IMG/VR virus record: IMGVR_UViG_3300032325_000432
Location: 6,822 to 70,821 of that record
DNA: 64,000 nucleotides
DNA from: a virus
Direction: 5' to 3' (one strand)
Part shown: positions 35,296 through 45,969 of the stretch, one piece after another
How positions within the stretch are numbered: position 1 is the stretch's first letter
Layout: the number at the start of each line of letters is the position of its first letter
The notes under the pieces: generated by a model
The model's database searches: none
Told to the model about the DNA's origin: nothing
What the model saw: the letters and a program-made list of their open reading frames with translations, nothing else
Translations under genes and position numbers: made by a program

Positions 35296-36092
35296 TATTG
35301 ACTTTCTGTGGGATGTCCTATTTTATGTCCGTTGGCCTTGATAGCTCTTGATAATATATGATGATTCCATCCTAGTTCATAGGGAACATATTCAGCAACT
35401 AGAGCAGATGCTCCAATTTCAAAACCTTCTGCCCATGTCCCTTGAGTATATGGTCTATTAGCAAGATAGTCATGAAACCATTTGAACTGATTATAAAAAG
35501 CTCTTAATTTTTTTGAGTTTAAAAACACCAGTAAATACTCTGCTGGAAGAGTAGCATTATTCCACTCTGGTCTAGGATGAGTATCTAAATCATAGTTAAA
35601 AATTTTGTGCCAAAAAATACCGTGATGAGGATTGTTTTTTGTCTTAAAATCTTCTAGAAACTCAATGAACCTGTAAGAATTTCTTGGTGCTAAAAAGTCA
35701 TATCCTTTGGAATGTACATCACTAAAAAAAGACTGTACAACCTTTTCATCCCACCACTCTAAAGAATTATCACAGTCTGTCCAGATAGTATAGAAATCTT
35801 CTGGAACTGAAAGAAGTTGCTCTATACACCTATATCTCATATTGAAATTGAAGTCTGATGCCGGGCCTTCTGGACTTCCTATAGGTAGTCTTATCTTAAA
35901 ATCTTTTTTAGATATATTGTCTATCAGAATTCTATTATTGTTTGGATAATAGTCATTAACCATACTCCCACAGTCTGTGGTTAATGCAAAATTATGACTT
36001 GTTTTAGTTAATACTTCATCTATTAGCTTTAAGGTATAGTCTCTAGTATAGTTTTCGCCTAAACTGAGTGTGGTAAAATAGATAGGTTTCAT
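35295..36092 (-). CDS. putative glycosyltransferase
   Basis: TTLSLGE.Y, FNFN.R, WTDCD (DxD-like); cluster context. Confidence 0.55.
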   Translation of the reverse strand: MKPIYFTTLSLGENYTRDYTLKLIDEVLTKTSHNFALTTDCGSMVNDYYPNNNRILIDNISKKDFKIRLPIGSPEGPASDFNFNMRYRCIEQLLSVPEDFYTIWTDCDNSLEWWDEKVVQSFFSDVHSKGYDFLAPRNSYRFIEFLEDFKTKNNPHHGIFWHKIFNYDLDTHPRPEWNNATLPAEYLLVFLNSKKLRAFYNQFKWFHDYLANRPYTQGTWAEGFEIGASALVAEYVPYELGWNHHILSRAIKANGHKIGHPTESQ

Positions 36093-36637
36093 TGTTTCTT
36101 TCTGAAGGCGCAATAATAGTAGATATTCGTACCTACCTCTATTTTTATTTTACACTCTTTACCATTTATTTTAACAATTTCTAGAAGAGGATAGTGTTTT
36201 GACATGATTTCGTCAGAGAGGTCTGGTTGTAAATGAACCTCATGTATGTTGTTATTTACCACATCTTGAGGTAGATTATATGGAACAACCACTAAAATCT
36301 CATCACATCTAGCACATAAATACTCTATCAAAGAAGAGGCATCTTCTCTGCTCAAATGCTCCAGTATATCTCCCAAAATAATAAAATTATAGTGATCAAA
36401 TTTAAAGTCTAATATATTGGTATTGTATATTTTGTTGTATAGATTATGCAACTGGTATTCTTTGATATATGGCTCCCATATTTCCACTCCGTCCATCTTG
36501 TTGATAAAATGGTCTTTTAGTAGTTTAGGGTAATATCCATGTCCACAACCAATATCTAATACAGAAGCCTCTTTAGGAATATTATTCTCTACAAAAGCTT
36601 TAATATCATTTGTTAAATAGCCCCAATTTCCAGGCAT
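36089..36637 (-). CDS. class I SAM-dependent methyltransferase
   Basis: VLDIGCGHG, DGVEIW, GDILEHL. Confidence 0.85.
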   Translation of the reverse strand: MPGNWGYLTNDIKAFVENNIPKEASVLDIGCGHGYYPKLLKDHFINKMDGVEIWEPYIKEYQLHNLYNKIYNTNILDFKFDHYNFIILGDILEHLSREDASSLIEYLCARCDEILVVVPYNLPQDVVNNNIHEVHLQPDLSDEIMSKHYPLLEIVKINGKECKIKIEVGTNIYYYCAFRKKQ

Positions 36638-37923
36638 TATAAATTACCTGTAATGGGATCGGCCCATCCCTTGCTTATGCTATGAGGCCACACTAGCCAA
36701 CTATGGGGATTTTGGTCTGTCTGGAATTCTCTCCATACCTTACAGTATGAATCAGGATCATTCTTCATTCTCAATATTTCATCTTTGTCTGCATCTTTTC
36801 TGTATATATCATTTCCCTCTTTGTCCTTGAAGGCGACTGCCCAAAAATCATAGTCTGTCTCTGGAACTTGATGATATCCAATATCAATACAGTGCTTGAA
36901 TATTCTTAAAAATGCAGCATCAAATTCTTCATCAGAAACATTTTGAAGAGGGTCTGGTGGTGGTTGATGATCTAGTACACTTTTTTGTATAGCTCTTCTA
37001 GAGAAACTCAAACCGGCGTATCTCTCGTAGTCTCTAAGAGATCGTTTGGTTCCAAAACCGAATTCTCCAAAATCTATATCATTCTTTTCGCCATCCATCT
37101 CGAATAGTTTTCTATTTCTTAGATGACATTCATTATTCCTTTTAACCCATTCTTTATCATCATCCCACTGTTTGGTTCTGCCTTTTCTTGTATATTCATG
37201 CCAACAAACGACCTTATTAGGATGGAATAAATCATATCCTTGGGTAAAGGCACGAACAGCAATGCTAATTTCTTCTCCGTGAAAGTAATATTTGGGATCA
37301 TGAGGTACTTCATGACAGAATTCACCAACCGTAAAAGCAAAGTGAGCACTATAAAATCTTGCTGGTAGCGGCTTGTTCTTATTATCCCATGCGTCAAATG
37401 ATGCAGGCAAGAAGAATACTGCTCCTTCTGGGATGAATCTATCGAAATTCATTTTCCATGGCTCATTAACTCTTAGTGCCGGATCATTGTCAGGATCAAA
37501 ACTGGGTATATAGGCAGTAATTAAAGGCTTTTCATGACCGTCTGACTGCAACTCTTTTAACATATCTATTAGTGTTGCATCCCAGTCTTTAGCAAATCTG
37601 TGATGAGAATCTAATTGTAATGTATATTTTTCTCCATTATAAAGAGATTGTACTTTATTTCTAGCCCAACAAACTCCACAGCTCTCTGTGTAGGGAATAT
37701 CTAAAATTCTAAATCTAGGATCCTCTAAAAATTCTTGTATATCTGGCCAGGTATCTTCTGTAGATCTCTGCCATGAAATGCCGATTCTAAGATTCTCAGG
37801 ATTTTTTGCCTGAGATAGCATATCTTTGATAGTCGGCAATAATTGGGGGTCTCTGTAAGAAGCTATTTGAACAAAAATGGTATCCTGATCAGTGCTAATT
37901 TTCTCTTCTTTCGTGACCTTCAT
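36637..37923 (-). CDS. GlcNAc-transferase, GT60/Skp1-hydroxyproline GlcNAcT-like
   Basis: IFVQIASYRD, GVCWAR, LQLDSHHRF, SAHFAF, EVPHDP..YFHGEE...RAFT.GYD. Confidence 0.85.
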   Translation of the reverse strand: MKVTKEEKISTDQDTIFVQIASYRDPQLLPTIKDMLSQAKNPENLRIGISWQRSTEDTWPDIQEFLEDPRFRILDIPYTESCGVCWARNKVQSLYNGEKYTLQLDSHHRFAKDWDATLIDMLKELQSDGHEKPLITAYIPSFDPDNDPALRVNEPWKMNFDRFIPEGAVFFLPASFDAWDNKNKPLPARFYSAHFAFTVGEFCHEVPHDPKYYFHGEEISIAVRAFTQGYDLFHPNKVVCWHEYTRKGRTKQWDDDKEWVKRNNECHLRNRKLFEMDGEKNDIDFGEFGFGTKRSLRDYERYAGLSFSRRAIQKSVLDHQPPPDPLQNVSDEEFDAAFLRIFKHCIDIGYHQVPETDYDFWAVAFKDKEGNDIYRKDADKDEILRMKNDPDSYCKVWREFQTDQNPHSWLVWPHSISKGWADPITGNL

Positions 37924-39547
37924 AATGATGAACCCTATTGTGTGTTATTGGACTAGCTAGTAAAATAGAAGGCTTAACTTTTTGTTCTTTGGTTAGCGTG
38001 TATATGTGACTCATCCATGTTTGCTCAAATGGAGATGCCCACTTGGTATCCAGAAAACACTTTTTATTACCTTCTTGAGATATTATATGAGGCCAGTTTG
38101 AGTAGTAAACCTCTCCTTCTGCATATGCAACGCTATTAATTGTTTTTATGTTAGAGAATTTAGTTAACGGTTTTTTAGAAATATCTCCAAAGTATTCTAT
38201 TTTTCTCTCTCCTGGAATATTATGCCAACTCCACTGCTCTCCATTGTGTCCGTAAAACTCACTAAAGCTAAACTTTAAAAAATCATACTCTTCAATATCC
38301 ATAATTTTATGTACAGTATTATATAGATCATTTACTCTTTTAGCAAAACCAAATGGGCAAGTTATATCTATTAAGTCTAGTAACATATCATCCTCAAAAA
38401 ATAACATATACTTATTGCCAGATTCTGCAAATTCTTCTGCCGCATACTGTCTAGCGCGACATATTCCCATATTCCCTTCTCTTATCTCTCTAAAGTTATA
38501 CTTTTTGCATATCTCTTCATACTTACCAAAAAGATTCTCTTTATTTGAATTATTGATAAGAACTTTTTCTGTTTTTTGCAGAAAATTGTTGTCAAACTTT
38601 TCGAATGAATTTATAACCATCTCCAACTGTTCTGGAGAATTAAAAGCATTAATATATAATGTTGTATTGTTATTTTTATGTATTTTAGTTGATTGCTTAA
38701 CTTGCTGCTTGGTATTAAGATTTTTAACATTTTCGAAAAAGGTTGAAATAAGACCATCAGAATTGATACTTTCAAACTGGAAGTTCTCTGGATCTAGATA
38801 TGTCATTAATGTGAATATGCTTTCCTCAGTTCCCATGAAGCCAGAAGAAAGAGTATCATTTAATAGTCCATAATACATATCATTTGCTTTAGATAAATAA
38901 TCCTTATTACCTCCAAAAAAACCACCGCGAGCAACTCTATCAACAACATCAGATCTAGCATATTTTTTCATTGCTGCTATATCGAATCCATGAATCTCGG
39001 TCTGTGTTTCATAAGGAAAACAAACAAACAAAAACTTTTGAACAAAATTCTCTAATTTTTCCAAGACATTGTCATGATAAAAATATCCAGGATGAACTGT
39101 ATTGGTTATTCCTCCGTCTAGCCAGTAATAAAAATCAGAGTTAAAAGGATTAAATACCTTGGCATTATGCAAAAGGAACATTTTGCTCATGACCATAGGG
39201 TTGTACCATTCCATTTTAGCTTGCGTACTATCTGCTAACCATCCAACCTGATTGATCCATTCGGGATTTGTTCTTATTTTTTGTATTTTGTCAAAGAACG
39301 GGAAAAAATTTCCATTAAATTGTTCTTTTGTGTGATGATATACTACAGTATTCTCTTTCTTCCTGTGCTTCCAAACTATATCTTCATTTTCTGGGTCTAT
39401 AAATATAGCAAGATTAATGTCTTGTAGTGTCAATAATAGTTTTTCGAAATTTTTAATGTAGTGCGAAAAGTCTCTGCCCCAGCCCTCAGATAATTCTCCT
39501 CTTTTTAGGTCCCATATTCCTGTTACGATTGTGGTATTTTTGCTCAT
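37895..39547 (-). CDS. HtrL/YibB-family protein fused to a GT-A-like domain
   Basis: TIVTGIWD..R, Y...VMSK, YWLDGG, GGFFGG, GTEESI; second domain FFEDD. Confidence 0.78.
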   Translation of the reverse strand: MSKNTTIVTGIWDLKRGELSEGWGRDFSHYIKNFEKLLLTLQDINLAIFIDPENEDIVWKHRKKENTVVYHHTKEQFNGNFFPFFDKIQKIRTNPEWINQVGWLADSTQAKMEWYNPMVMSKMFLLHNAKVFNPFNSDFYYWLDGGITNTVHPGYFYHDNVLEKLENFVQKFLFVCFPYETQTEIHGFDIAAMKKYARSDVVDRVARGGFFGGNKDYLSKANDMYYGLLNDTLSSGFMGTEESIFTLMTYLDPENFQFESINSDGLISTFFENVKNLNTKQQVKQSTKIHKNNNTTLYINAFNSPEQLEMVINSFEKFDNNFLQKTEKVLINNSNKENLFGKYEEICKKYNFREIREGNMGICRARQYAAEEFAESGNKYMLFFEDDMLLDLIDITCPFGFAKRVNDLYNTVHKIMDIEEYDFLKFSFSEFYGHNGEQWSWHNIPGERKIEYFGDISKKPLTKFSNIKTINSVAYAEGEVYYSNWPHIISQEGNKKCFLDTKWASPFEQTWMSHIYTLTKEQKVKPSILLASPITHNRVHHYEGHERREN

Positions 39548-39631
39548 AATAATGATAGACTTTTGCGTTTAGTGAGGGGATAGGATGTGGTATAGAGTAC
39601 TAAGAGATATTTAAATCCCGGCATCTGAACA

Positions 39632-39660
39632 ATAGTAATTGCAGCACAACCAGTGGTCAA
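39632..39660 (-). promoter_or_regulatory. sigma70-type promoter for the minus-strand glycosylation island
   Basis: minus strand TTGACC-17 bp-TACTAT. Confidence 0.5.
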
Positions 39661-39684
39661 GACCAAAAAATCGTCTAATGTGTC

Positions 39685-39715
39685 TTGACAAGATTTTTTT
39701 TTGGAGTAGTATGAT
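39685..39715 (+). promoter_or_regulatory. divergent sigma70-type promoter
   Basis: TTGACA then TAGTAT (16 bp) or TATGAT (19 bp). Confidence 0.45.
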
Positions 39716-39772
39716 TGAGGCGTCGATTTTTAGTTGTTATGTTGCTTTTTTATGAGGTTAAATTGTTATTCT

Positions 39773-39985
39773 ATGTCAAGGCTTGATTCTGATTCTGATT
39801 CCAATGGAAAAGACTACAGGAGAGAAAAATTTAAAAGCAAAAAAAATTGGAATAAAAACTCAAGAGAAGATGATGGCTACTTAAATAAGCAAGCCAGTAA
39901 ATCTTACAAAAAAGAGATCAAAGAAAAAAAAGAATCAATGTTAGAAGAAGAGATATGGGATGATTGGGAAGAATACAACAAATGA
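39773..39985 (+). CDS. charged hypothetical protein
   Basis: ATG 39773; ends EEEIWDDWEEY. Confidence 0.6.
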   Translation: MSRLDSDSDSNGKDYRREKFKSKKNWNKNSREDDGYLNKQASKSYKKEIKEKKESMLEEEIWDDWEEYNK

Positions 39986-40236
39986 AATATATAGAGGAAC
40001 TATCTTACGGACAGTGCTTCAGATATCAGACAAAGTATTTTATAGTAACAACCGACTTTAAGCATAATAGAGATATAAAATGCATAGATTTAACTAATGG
40101 AATGTCTATATGGATGAGTGCCTCAGAAATAGTTGAAGACATAGACATATATACCTTAGATAAAGACAACGTTTTAATACCTTTAAGAGAACGCAAAAAT
40201 GAATATAACATGGATAAAACTAAAAACATTTCTTAA
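39982..40236 (+). CDS. hypothetical protein
   Basis: ATGA overlap. Confidence 0.65.
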   Translation: MKYIEELSYGQCFRYQTKYFIVTTDFKHNRDIKCIDLTNGMSIWMSASEIVEDIDIYTLDKDNVLIPLRERKNEYNMDKTKNIS

Positions 40237-40456
40237 TTCTCTTTGGTGGCATATATATTCTGGCTTTCCCAAAAGCACTCAATCTGAAATAGATCACAGA
40301 TATTCAATATGCCTAGCCTGCGAGAAATTTAACCACAAGAAATCCGAATGTAAGATATGCGGATGTGCCATCAGCAATAAAAAAATATTTCTAAACAAAC
40401 TTGCATGGGCCGATCAGTCTTGCCCCATAAATAAATGGACAAAAATAAAGGACTAA
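40199..40456 (+). CDS. Cys-rich small protein
   Basis: R..IC..CE...CKICGC...K...SCP..KW. Confidence 0.7.
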   Translation: MNITWIKLKTFLNSLWWHIYSGFPKSTQSEIDHRYSICLACEKFNHKKSECKICGCAISNKKIFLNKLAWADQSCPINKWTKIKD

Positions 40457-40458
40457 AA

Positions 40459-41013
40459 ATGAAAACACAAACAAGATATAATAAACAAACGTATTTAACT
40501 TCTACCAACGATATATTTTCTGTAATATCTGAAAGAGTAAAAGCAGACAATAATGGCTGTACAGTCATTGTTCCTCATGTATGTAATAATGTTGATGCTT
40601 TTGGTGCTGGATTTGCTGGTCAAGTTGCCTCAAATTTTCCAACAGTAAAAGCAGACTACCATATGCTTGGCAAAACATTCTTAAAAAATAATTTAGGATA
40701 TACTCAATTCCTAAAAGTATATGAACAACCAAAGTATAGACACAGACTTATATTTGCTAATATGATTGCACAGAACGGAATAGTTTCTCCTCAGAATCCC
40801 AGACCGTTAAACTATCTTGCTCTAGCTAAATGCATGGTGGGTATATCAAAATTCATTTCAGAGCAAACAGACTTCTTGAACAAGAACGAGAATGTTGAGA
40901 TACATGCTCCAAAATTCGGAAGCGGATTGGCTGGAGGTAATTGGAATTTTATCGGTAATTTAATTGAAGACATATGGACCCCTTATAAAGTATATATCTA
41001 TACACAAAAATAA
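40459..41013 (+). CDS. macrodomain protein (ADP-ribose hydrolase-like)
   Basis: PHVCNN..AFGAGFA, ANMIAQ, PKFGSGLAGGNW. Confidence 0.85.
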   Translation: MKTQTRYNKQTYLTSTNDIFSVISERVKADNNGCTVIVPHVCNNVDAFGAGFAGQVASNFPTVKADYHMLGKTFLKNNLGYTQFLKVYEQPKYRHRLIFANMIAQNGIVSPQNPRPLNYLALAKCMVGISKFISEQTDFLNKNENVEIHAPKFGSGLAGGNWNFIGNLIEDIWTPYKVYIYTQK

Positions 41014-41015
41014 TT

Positions 41016-41309
41016 ATGAATTTTTTACATTGGATGTATCTTAGACTTAAGTTTAAGTACAAAGAAGAAGCAGATATATTGTCTCAGTATGAGCGGATAC
41101 TGACAAGTACAAAACTTATCAAAAAAACCATACCAATTAACTTTATAGACAAAATCTGTAAAGAGCATTTTATTGATTTTGATCTAGACAAAGTTCCAGA
41201 TTTAAACATGGGATATACAGAAGAAGAAAGATCTAGAATACGAAATTTTGCTATAGATATATTGAATAAAACTCTATTGACCGGCGAAGAAATCTTGACA
41301 AATAAATGA
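41016..41309 (+). CDS. hypothetical protein
   Basis: ORF track. Confidence 0.6.
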   Translation: MNFLHWMYLRLKFKYKEEADILSQYERILTSTKLIKKTIPINFIDKICKEHFIDFDLDKVPDLNMGYTEEERSRIRNFAIDILNKTLLTGEEILTNK

Positions 41310-42001
41310 AAAGAATTATTTCATATAGTCTATGGGGCAAAGACACTAGGTATACAATAGGAGCTATACAGAATAGCAAATTGGCAAAGTATTATTTTCC
41401 AGGATGGATTAGTCGTTTCTATTGTGGTCTTGATGTTCCAGAAAAAATTATCCAAGAGATCCGCGATATAGAGAATACCGACATTGTTCTGTTAGATGAG
41501 ACACCTGATTGGACAGGTATGTTCTGGAGATTTTATGCAGCAGAGAACGCTGACATCATGATTAGTAGAGACGCAGACGCAAGACTCTCAAGTAGAGAAG
41601 CGTGTGCTGTACAAAACTGGCTATCATCAAACAATGACTTTCATATCATTAGAGATCATCCGTATCATGCTCGTCCTATTATGGGAGGAATGTGGGGATG
41701 CAGAAACGGTATTTTAGCCAATATTAAAGATCTAATCTACGGCTTTAATAAATCAAATAGATATGAGATAGACCAAGATTTTTTAGGAAATATAGTCTAC
41801 CCAATAATCAGAGACAGGTCTACGGTTCACGATCCGTTTTATGAGAAAAAACCATTTCCTAAAGAGTGCGGTAACAGAATACCTTGTTTTCACATAGGAC
41901 AAGCTTATGATCAATATGGTGTTGTATTAGGAGTAGACGAATACGGTCCAGCTTCATATCTGGAATATATACGGTCTAATGAAGGTATAATCATAGTATG
42001 A
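41306..42001 (+). CDS. glycosyltransferase-like protein
   Basis: ISYSLWG, GMFWRF, SRDADARL..RE, IRDHPYH, GGMWG, DQDFL. Confidence 0.75.
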   Translation: MKRIISYSLWGKDTRYTIGAIQNSKLAKYYFPGWISRFYCGLDVPEKIIQEIRDIENTDIVLLDETPDWTGMFWRFYAAENADIMISRDADARLSSREACAVQNWLSSNNDFHIIRDHPYHARPIMGGMWGCRNGILANIKDLIYGFNKSNRYEIDQDFLGNIVYPIIRDRSTVHDPFYEKKPFPKECGNRIPCFHIGQAYDQYGVVLGVDEYGPASYLEYIRSNEGIIIV

Positions 42002-42858
42002 AAAAATATTTTAATACCAGCTTTCAAAATGAAGCTCCGTTGTTTGAACACACTCTACCCATATGGTCAACATATGATATAGATAAATTTGTTTTCTTTG
42101 ATGACCATTCAAATGATGGCGGGGCAGAAACTATATATCGAATCCTTGGAAAAGATAGAGCTACAGTTCTCAATAAGCCAGATTTAGAATACGATGACTC
42201 TCATTGTGTTGGTAGACAGATGATGTTGGATCTTAGCAGAAAAGATAGTGCCGATTTTGTGTTTTGTTTGGATGCTGATGAATTATTGTCTAGTAATCTT
42301 AAAACGAACATGAATGATATCATTGGTTCATCTTTACAAAATAATACTAATATTTATATGTATTGGTTCAATCATATTAACTACTCATTAAAACAAACAA
42401 GATGTGACGGATACTACAATAATTGTTTTCATCCTTTTATAATACCCACAAAACATAGTGGTAATTTTATAAAGACATCAAAAGAGCATCATAGTTTCTG
42501 GAGAACTCCAGATATTTATTTGGCTAATTCTGTAGCGACCAAAGACTTTGGCATAGTACATCTACAGATGATTAATACTAATTATTATATTCATAAACAA
42601 CTATGGTATAAACATTATGAACATATTAAATATGGATTCAACGAAGAACAAATCAATAGCAGATACGACAACAATATTAACTATCTAAACTTTGAATTTT
42701 TTGAAACTCCATCAGATGTTATTAACGATATTGAATTTGACTTTAGTATTTTTGATAAGCTTATAGACCATAAAGGATATAGAGAATATATCCGTAAACA
42801 CTTTAATCCTAAGCTAGTTACCTTCGGACAATCTTATATAGAAAATTCTTTATCATGA
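41998..42858 (+). CDS. glycosyltransferase family 2-like
   Basis: NE, DDHSNDG, LDADE motifs. Confidence 0.8.
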   Translation: MKKYFNTSFQNEAPLFEHTLPIWSTYDIDKFVFFDDHSNDGGAETIYRILGKDRATVLNKPDLEYDDSHCVGRQMMLDLSRKDSADFVFCLDADELLSSNLKTNMNDIIGSSLQNNTNIYMYWFNHINYSLKQTRCDGYYNNCFHPFIIPTKHSGNFIKTSKEHHSFWRTPDIYLANSVATKDFGIVHLQMINTNYYIHKQLWYKHYEHIKYGFNEEQINSRYDNNINYLNFEFFETPSDVINDIEFDFSIFDKLIDHKGYREYIRKHFNPKLVTFGQSYIENSLS

Positions 42859-43529
42859 ACAGCATTTTTGTATTTTGGACAGGAGACAATCCTATGTCCA
42901 TGAATAGATTAGTTAATTTAAAAAAACTTCAAACCGTATCAGGGTGCAATATCGTTCTAGTAACCAAGGAAAATCTTCCTGACTTTGTACTTCCATCCGA
43001 TCCATTGCCAGAAGCATACCAGTACCTTTCTGCAACTCATAAATCAGACTTTTTAAGACCTTACTTTATGCACTACTACGGAGGTGGCTACTCCGACATA
43101 AAACAAACAATGGGATCTTGGAGTACAGGATTTGATGCTATTCAGAATAGCACAACTCTTCTTTGCGGATATCCAGAATTTAGCTATCATCAAATTGCCC
43201 ATGTGTCATACAAGAAATATTGGAATATCATGGTAGGATGCGGAGCATTTATAAGCAAGGCTAATACTCCACTTACAAAAGAGTGGTACCTGTCGGCTAA
43301 AAATTTGATAGTCAGTAAAACATCTATGCTCAAAAGATTCCCAGCATCACACCCACAAGAATGCTCTGAAGGCAATGGCTACGAAGGATGCCAGCCACAC
43401 GGAGTTAGATCCAATTATCCAATCGAATGGAATGAGATTATGGGTAGAATTTTTCATCCATTAGTATTTAAATATAGAAATTTTGTATCCAGAACAGTTC
43501 CACAACCAGTAATATATAACTATAGATAA
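42855..43529 (+). CDS. DxD glycosyltransferase (GT32/capsular synthesis-like)
   Basis: FWTG, HKSDFLR..FMHYYGGGYSDIK. Confidence 0.8.
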   Translation: MNSIFVFWTGDNPMSMNRLVNLKKLQTVSGCNIVLVTKENLPDFVLPSDPLPEAYQYLSATHKSDFLRPYFMHYYGGGYSDIKQTMGSWSTGFDAIQNSTTLLCGYPEFSYHQIAHVSYKKYWNIMVGCGAFISKANTPLTKEWYLSAKNLIVSKTSMLKRFPASHPQECSEGNGYEGCQPHGVRSNYPIEWNEIMGRIFHPLVFKYRNFVSRTVPQPVIYNYR

Positions 43530-43558
43530 AACATCTCTTAATAAGGACTTCAATTTTT

Positions 43559-44290
43559 ATGACTATACAATACAAGTGTTCTTCTTTTTGTTCTTATTAT
43601 AAAGGAGAAAAGTTTGTACAAGGATACATACATGACATGTTACGTCAAACCCTATTTGATGAAATAGAATTTATTTTTCTGGACTGTAACTCACCAGAAA
43701 ATGAAAAAGCTCACATCATACCATTAGCTGAAAAATATCCAAATGTCAAATATCATAAATTAGACGAAGATCCAGGCTTATATGCTGGCTGGAATCGCGC
43801 TATTAGTTTGTGTAGTTCTTCCATTATAGGGAATTGGAACATTGATGACAGGAAAAATATACAGAGCTTTGACATACTACTTAAAGCTTTTGAAAGAGAA
43901 CCAGATCTGGACATGGTCTATGGCATAACATACATGTCATATGAAGCTAATGAAAAATATGAAGACAACGACTATACTCAAATATATGCTGCTCTACCAC
44001 ACACCAATAGAAACTTATTAATGCACAACTCTCCACACTGTATGCCAATGTGGAAAAAGAGTATACACGACCGATTCGGGTTTTTTGATGACAAATACCT
44101 AAGTGCCGCTGATGGAGATATGTGGTTGCGTATCGCACAGGGTGGTGCTAAAATAAAGATGGTGAACCATCCGGTTGGGCTTTATTACCACAATCCCACG
44201 GGAAGATCATCAAATCCAGAAACTTTACAAAAAATGGTCGATGAAGTAATGAAGATGAGAAGTAAATATTCACATATGATTGGAGAATAG
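43559..44290 (+). CDS. glycosyltransferase family 2
   Basis: LDCNS, GLYAGWN, NIDD, GFFD, DGDMWLR. Confidence 0.85.
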   Translation: MTIQYKCSSFCSYYKGEKFVQGYIHDMLRQTLFDEIEFIFLDCNSPENEKAHIIPLAEKYPNVKYHKLDEDPGLYAGWNRAISLCSSSIIGNWNIDDRKNIQSFDILLKAFEREPDLDMVYGITYMSYEANEKYEDNDYTQIYAALPHTNRNLLMHNSPHCMPMWKKSIHDRFGFFDDKYLSAADGDMWLRIAQGGAKIKMVNHPVGLYYHNPTGRSSNPETLQKMVDEVMKMRSKYSHMIGE

Positions 44291-44291
44291 T

Positions 44292-44429
44292 ATGAATTAT
44301 ACAATTCTGTTTTTCTTGATTCTTGGAGTTATCATTGGAGTTATTAAAGACATTATGGATCCTGGTGAGGGGGTTCCTCATTCAGATAATATGTTTACTT
44401 TTATGTGTAAAGACAAATACAAAAATTAG
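44292..44429 (+). CDS. small membrane protein (45 aa)
   Basis: GGAG RBS; MNYTILFFLILGVIIGVIK translated by hand. Confidence 0.5.
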   Translation: MNYTILFFLILGVIIGVIKDIMDPGEGVPHSDNMFTFMCKDKYKN

Positions 44430-44437
44430 GAGATCCA

Positions 44438-44992
44438 GTGCTGAATCGTTTGAGCAAACAAAGAGTATACCTAGCAGGAGCTATGGATAGAGTAGCTGAT
44501 CGTGGGGCTACATGGAGAGATAATATTACTCCATTTTTAGAAGAAATGGACGTTATAGTTTTCAATCCTATTACTAAGCCAACAACTACAGGAATGGAAG
44601 ACCACGATTCTCATATCATAAAAACAAAACTCAAGCAAAAAGAAAGATACGATGAGCTATCAGAAATGATGAAAGTTATACGTCGTGTTGATTTAAGACT
44701 TGTAGACATTAGCGATTTTTTGATAGTTAATCTCAATTTAGACATACATCCATGCGGAACATATGAAGAAATTTTTTGGGCTAACAGACAGAAAAAGCCG
44801 ATTATAATCCATATGGAGCAAGGTAAGATAAACGCACCAGATTGGCTATTCGGCACGGTTCCTCATCAGACTATTTTTTCTTCTTGGGATGATATCAAAG
44901 CTTATCTATTACATATTAACACATCAGAAAATATAGATACTTATAAAAGATGGTATTTTTTTAACATAGACTCTTCTACTAATAAAAAATAA
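44438..44992 (+). CDS. nucleoside 2-deoxyribosyltransferase-like protein
   Basis: VYLAG, WR, FNP, D...VD.SD, GTYEE. Confidence 0.78.
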   Translation: MLNRLSKQRVYLAGAMDRVADRGATWRDNITPFLEEMDVIVFNPITKPTTTGMEDHDSHIIKTKLKQKERYDELSEMMKVIRRVDLRLVDISDFLIVNLNLDIHPCGTYEEIFWANRQKKPIIIHMEQGKINAPDWLFGTVPHQTIFSSWDDIKAYLLHINTSENIDTYKRWYFFNIDSSTNKK

Positions 44993-45756
44993 TGAATACA
45001 GTCACACACAATTTTATCAATGATTTAAATACGGTGATCGCTGTACCCAATGACCATCCACTATATTCCACATTTATAGATAGAGTCTACAGTGAGCCTT
45101 ATTTTAGAAAAATACATTCTTACTTTTTTTCCAAAGATATGATTGATGGCAATGTTTTTGATGCTGGATGTTGGATTGGAGATAATTCCATACCTTGGTC
45201 TAAAATGACACAAAATCTAATCTATGCAATAGATCCCTCTCCACGAAACTGCTCCTTTGTTAAACTATTAGCAGAGATTAATAATGTATCAAACATATCC
45301 ATACATAGTTTCGGATTAAGCAGACATGACACTAAGCTCTCTACGAACTACGACATAGATCATGCACCTTTTGTATATGGTACAGAAGGAGCTAATACTA
45401 TTGATGCTGTTGCTATAGATAGTATGGCGGAAAAGTCATTGATAGAAAATTTATCATGTATCCACTTAGATGTAGAGGGGATGGAGTCCGAAGTTATACT
45501 AGGCGGTATGTCAACTATCAATAAATACAATCCTATTATTAGCTTTGAACAACATATTGAAACAGATAATTATCAAGATATTAATGAGATGCTCTCTAAA
45601 AATAATTATCAAACATTCATGATTAATGAAGCACTATACGGATGTAGGCACGATTGTCGTAATTTTATTGCTATTCCGAAGAGACTCTTTAGAGACAGTC
45701 TTATAGAAGACATAAACACTTTTTGCGAAACCAGTCATATACTACTAAGTATATAA
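44992..45756 (+). CDS. FkbM-family methyltransferase
   Basis: FDAGCWIG, AIDP, IHLDVEG.E..VI.G, ISFE. Confidence 0.85.
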   Translation: MNTVTHNFINDLNTVIAVPNDHPLYSTFIDRVYSEPYFRKIHSYFFSKDMIDGNVFDAGCWIGDNSIPWSKMTQNLIYAIDPSPRNCSFVKLLAEINNVSNISIHSFGLSRHDTKLSTNYDIDHAPFVYGTEGANTIDAVAIDSMAEKSLIENLSCIHLDVEGMESEVILGGMSTINKYNPIISFEQHIETDNYQDINEMLSKNNYQTFMINEALYGCRHDCRNFIAIPKRLFRDSLIEDINTFCETSHILLSI

Positions 45757-45760
45757 TACT

Positions 45761-45964
45761 ATGCCCAAATATTACATTAAGTCTGGACAGATTAAATATA
45801 TAGTAGATTGCAACGACGAAAAATCAGCCATACTGTCAGCTCTTTATCACTATAAGGGCAAAGGATTATTAACTGGTCCTAAGATATGTGTTAGTGAAAA
45901 AGGATTTGAAAGCTTTAAAGACTGGAACTGTTACGACACTGATGACTACCTCAAGGAAGTTTAG
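45761..45964 (+). CDS. hypothetical protein
   Basis: MPKYYIKSG...VSEKGF. Confidence 0.65.
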   Translation: MPKYYIKSGQIKYIVDCNDEKSAILSALYHYKGKGLLTGPKICVSEKGFESFKDWNCYDTDDYLKEV

Positions 45965-45969
45965 ATATT

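Noticed and set aside
41295-41330. TTGACA as a promoter
   Set aside because: lies in a gene overlap with no convincing -10 box at 16-18 bp
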